Shown piece by piece: positions 61,329-64,000 of a stretch of DNA of 64,000 nucleotides (positions are counted from its first letter, which is position 1; every line of letters begins with the position of its first letter). The position numbers and the translations under genes are program-made. This DNA is from Zygnema circumcarinatum SAG 698-1b. Its lineage: Eukaryota; Plantae; Zygnematophyceae. The stretch spans positions 186,001 to 250,000 of the forward strand of contig CM074812.1 of the NCBI GenBank assembly GCA_037447605.1, read 5' to 3'. Below the pieces are notes generated by a model. That model was not told the DNA's origin. It saw only the letters and a list, made by a program, of their open reading frames with translations, and did not search any database.

Positions 61329-63613
61329 GAACAGGTTGGGCCGGGGCTGTTGTCGGTTTGGGCAGGTCCTAATTGGGGAAGGGCGAGCGATAGGGAGACG
61401 GGCAGGATAAAATGTTTTTTGACGGGCAGGGAGTAGAGGGCTAAGGTGAAGTCGGAATCATGAATGGGAGTGGATCCGATCGTGGATTCGTGGGATCTAC
61501 AAGATTTATGGTCAGATCAACAGAAATTGCTGTGGATCAACTGGCTTTTTTTGTTTTTCAACTGGAGGAGTTGAACAAGTTGAACTTTTTTGGTCAGTAA
61601 AGATTCTGGTCGGTGGACGGCGCCTGAAAAAGGTCAGCGCGGGGGACGGCAGTCGCGAATGTGGTCAAAATCCACCGCCCGGCCTCGGGAATCACGACTG
61701 CACTTAACGACAAAAACGTTCCCTAAAGCCGGCTCCTGTCGCGACAAAATGGACGGCAGTCGGCGAACAGTTCTCTTGGGATAGACGCCTTACGTTTGTC
61801 CTTTCCGGCTCTCGCCCTGCGCCGTACGCATTTCAGTACGGACAACAGGTGAACGTGGCGAGTGCCGATTAGGGACTTGGGCGCTGACGTGGAGGCTCGG
61901 AGGAGCTGGGCGGTGGCGACTTGGCGCCGACATTTCTTGTTTATTGAAGTGCCGCCCAGTGGTAAACGTTTTTGTCGATTTGTACGTTCAAAACGAGGAG
62001 TTATGACAGCAGAGCCGACAAAATGCTGACGCGTAGGGCAGAAGATTGAACCGAGCTTCGGTCTGCCCGTGAAAAACGGAGAGTCAAAAATGTTATATCA
62101 CGTGGAACAAAATTTTGGATTCTTCGCAGGAAAACAACAGAAGTAATTTCTTTTTAATCATCTGAGAAGTCTGCTGAATTAGAAAGTGGGACTGAAAATT
62201 TCCCACCGCAAAAAAACCATTTCCAAAACGAAAAATGTTTTCGGGCACAGCTACAAAATAAAATTATGAAAATTCTCGAATCAGAACTTGCGATTCCTAA
62301 AAAGATTTAGTTACGAATCCGCTCTCTCGCCATGCGCTAAGTGACAAACAAACTTTAACGAGCCCTCCGGGTCCGCCGGCAGCCACGCAGCAGCTCGCGC
62401 ACTGACGCCGTGGAATATTCTGTCGGCAGAAAACGACAAACTTTGCTTCCTACGTTTCGACTCCGCCGACTACCACGTCACCCCTTTGGACGGCGAAAAT
62501 TTGTCACGAGCTCGGACGCCACGTGGACAACTTCCGTGGCTCGAATGTGCCACGTGGTATATCGACAACCACTGAGCGCTGACGTGTCGAGTGGAGCACT
62601 GAGGATAATACGCTTGCGACAGATTATCGAGGTGGCACGTTAATGTGGCGCATCCTCCAATTTCTTGCCATGTGCGAATCCGACCGCTGATTGGTTGGAG
62701 CCAGGCCACAGACCACGAATCCTGACACGATATTCCGCAATTCGCGGGCATTCATGTGTCAACATTGGGATCGAATCTCGTCCGGAAAGATTTCGATTTC
62801 CGGGGAACGATCGACATCCGTACGAGGGACAAACGGAGGGAAATGGCAGCGTTGGGGGAAAGAGCGACTTTTGGAGGAGGGTGGTGTTGGAGACCTTTGG
62901 GTGGGGGAGTGGGTCTTGGAGGGAGATAGGTGCAGACAGGGAGAGGGAGGGAGAGGAAGAGGAGAGGGGAGGTAGAGGAGAATAAGTAGAGAAGAAGGAG
63001 AGGGGAGAGGAGGAAAAGACGGAAGGATAGAAGAGAGGAGGGATGAGGAGCGGAGAGGGAGGCGAGGAGGGAGAGGAATGAGTAAGAGAGAGTCAGGCGA
63101 ACACGCAAGGAAGGAGAGACGAGGAACAAAGGGAGAGGGATAAGGAGAGGGAAAGAAAGGAAGAGGGTGAATTCTGCGAGCTCAAAACGCAAACATATGA
63201 TAGTACAAGTATACGGAGAGGATATACTTGATAGTGGCAGACCCACACTCTCCTGGGTCGCTCTGCGCCGTCACGCTCCCTCGCAGTTGTGCTTTCAGTC
63301 CGCGCCTCCTTCCACCTGCAAGAACGTCGGCCACATCTCACGCCCTGCTCACACATGTGAACGCTAAAAACCATCACTCAGTTCCACCCCAAAATTTGGC
63401 TCCCAACTAACGGAGCTATTAACCGGTGAGCCGAGGACACGTGGAAGTGTGGATGACTGATCAGCTGCAGTCGGCGCCATGGACCCGCGAGACAGTGATC
63501 CACAGGTCAAACCAACGATTCGATCAACCATTGGAATGGGTGCGGACCATTGACTCGCGATCTAGCCAACCATTGCAAATGGTCGGAACCACTGGATTCA
63601 TCAATCATTGCGT

Positions 63614-63890
63614 CCAATGGTTGCGAACCATTAGACGGCCGACAATTGGCCATCCAATGATTGTCCAATGGTGGCCAGCCATTCCAATAATTGCGAACCA
63701 TTGGACGGCCGACCATTGCAATGGCTATCCAATGGTTGCCAGACATTCCAATGGTTGCGAACAATTGGACGGCCGACCATAGCCATCCAATGGTTGTTCA
63801 ATGGTTGCTAGCCATTCAATGGTTGCGAGCCACTGACCGGCCAACCATTGCTATCCTATGGTTGGCCCCAATGGCTGGCAATCCCATCCA
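63614..63890. repeat. ~65-70-bp minisatellite (about 4 units) built from CCAATGG/CCATTGG motifs
   Basis: Units begin (C)CAATGGTTGCGAACCATTGGACGGCCGA near 63614, 63684, 63748 and 63817. Related motifs extend back to ~63510. Confidence 0.8.
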
Positions 63891-64000
63891 TCGTCCGACC
63901 TGTGCAGAGTTTCCATAGACAGCTTCTTTCTTTGGTCAGGTCCTTCGTTCCTTCGTCAGTAGTTCCTCGTGGTTCCCCATGTTGTTGTTGGAGAGCGGAA

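Overview
This is eukaryotic, intron-rich plant-lineage DNA. It has GT-AG introns full of (GA)n, (CCCT)n and (GACT)n tracts, and three 10-N assembly gaps. The gene content is land-plant-like and the style suggests a streptophyte alga such as a zygnematophyte; that assignment is inference only. I reconstructed these genes by hand-splicing, in order: 3' exons of a golgin/TMF-like gene, a secreted copper amine oxidase, kinesin-4 (minus strand, with CXC domain and KEN box), an unrecognised secreted 'dumbbell' glycoprotein (two homologous Cys-containing domains around a Ser-Pro rod), TMEM120, a TRP1/TRFL-type telomere-repeat-binding Myb protein, an EXS/ERD1-family protein, an inverted second copy of the dumbbell gene, CLP1, a five-exon LEA_2/NHL-like gene and an intronless MAP3K. 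Four observations stand out. (1) The telomere-binding-protein gene carries about 60 TTAGGG units, a (CCCTGAA)5 array and a ~460-bp (GA)n tract in its own 5' region. (2) The dumbbell gene is a recent ~2.3-kb inverted duplication bracketing 22.7 kb, and copy 2 appears to be hit by a Ty1/copia element. (3) A spare TMEM120 exon sits inside a ~43-bp minisatellite. (4) An 845-bp Mutator-like element has ~140-bp TIRs and a perfect 9-bp TSD. I found no tRNA, rRNA or CRISPR array. No database searches were run, so 'unrecognised' means unrecognised by me.
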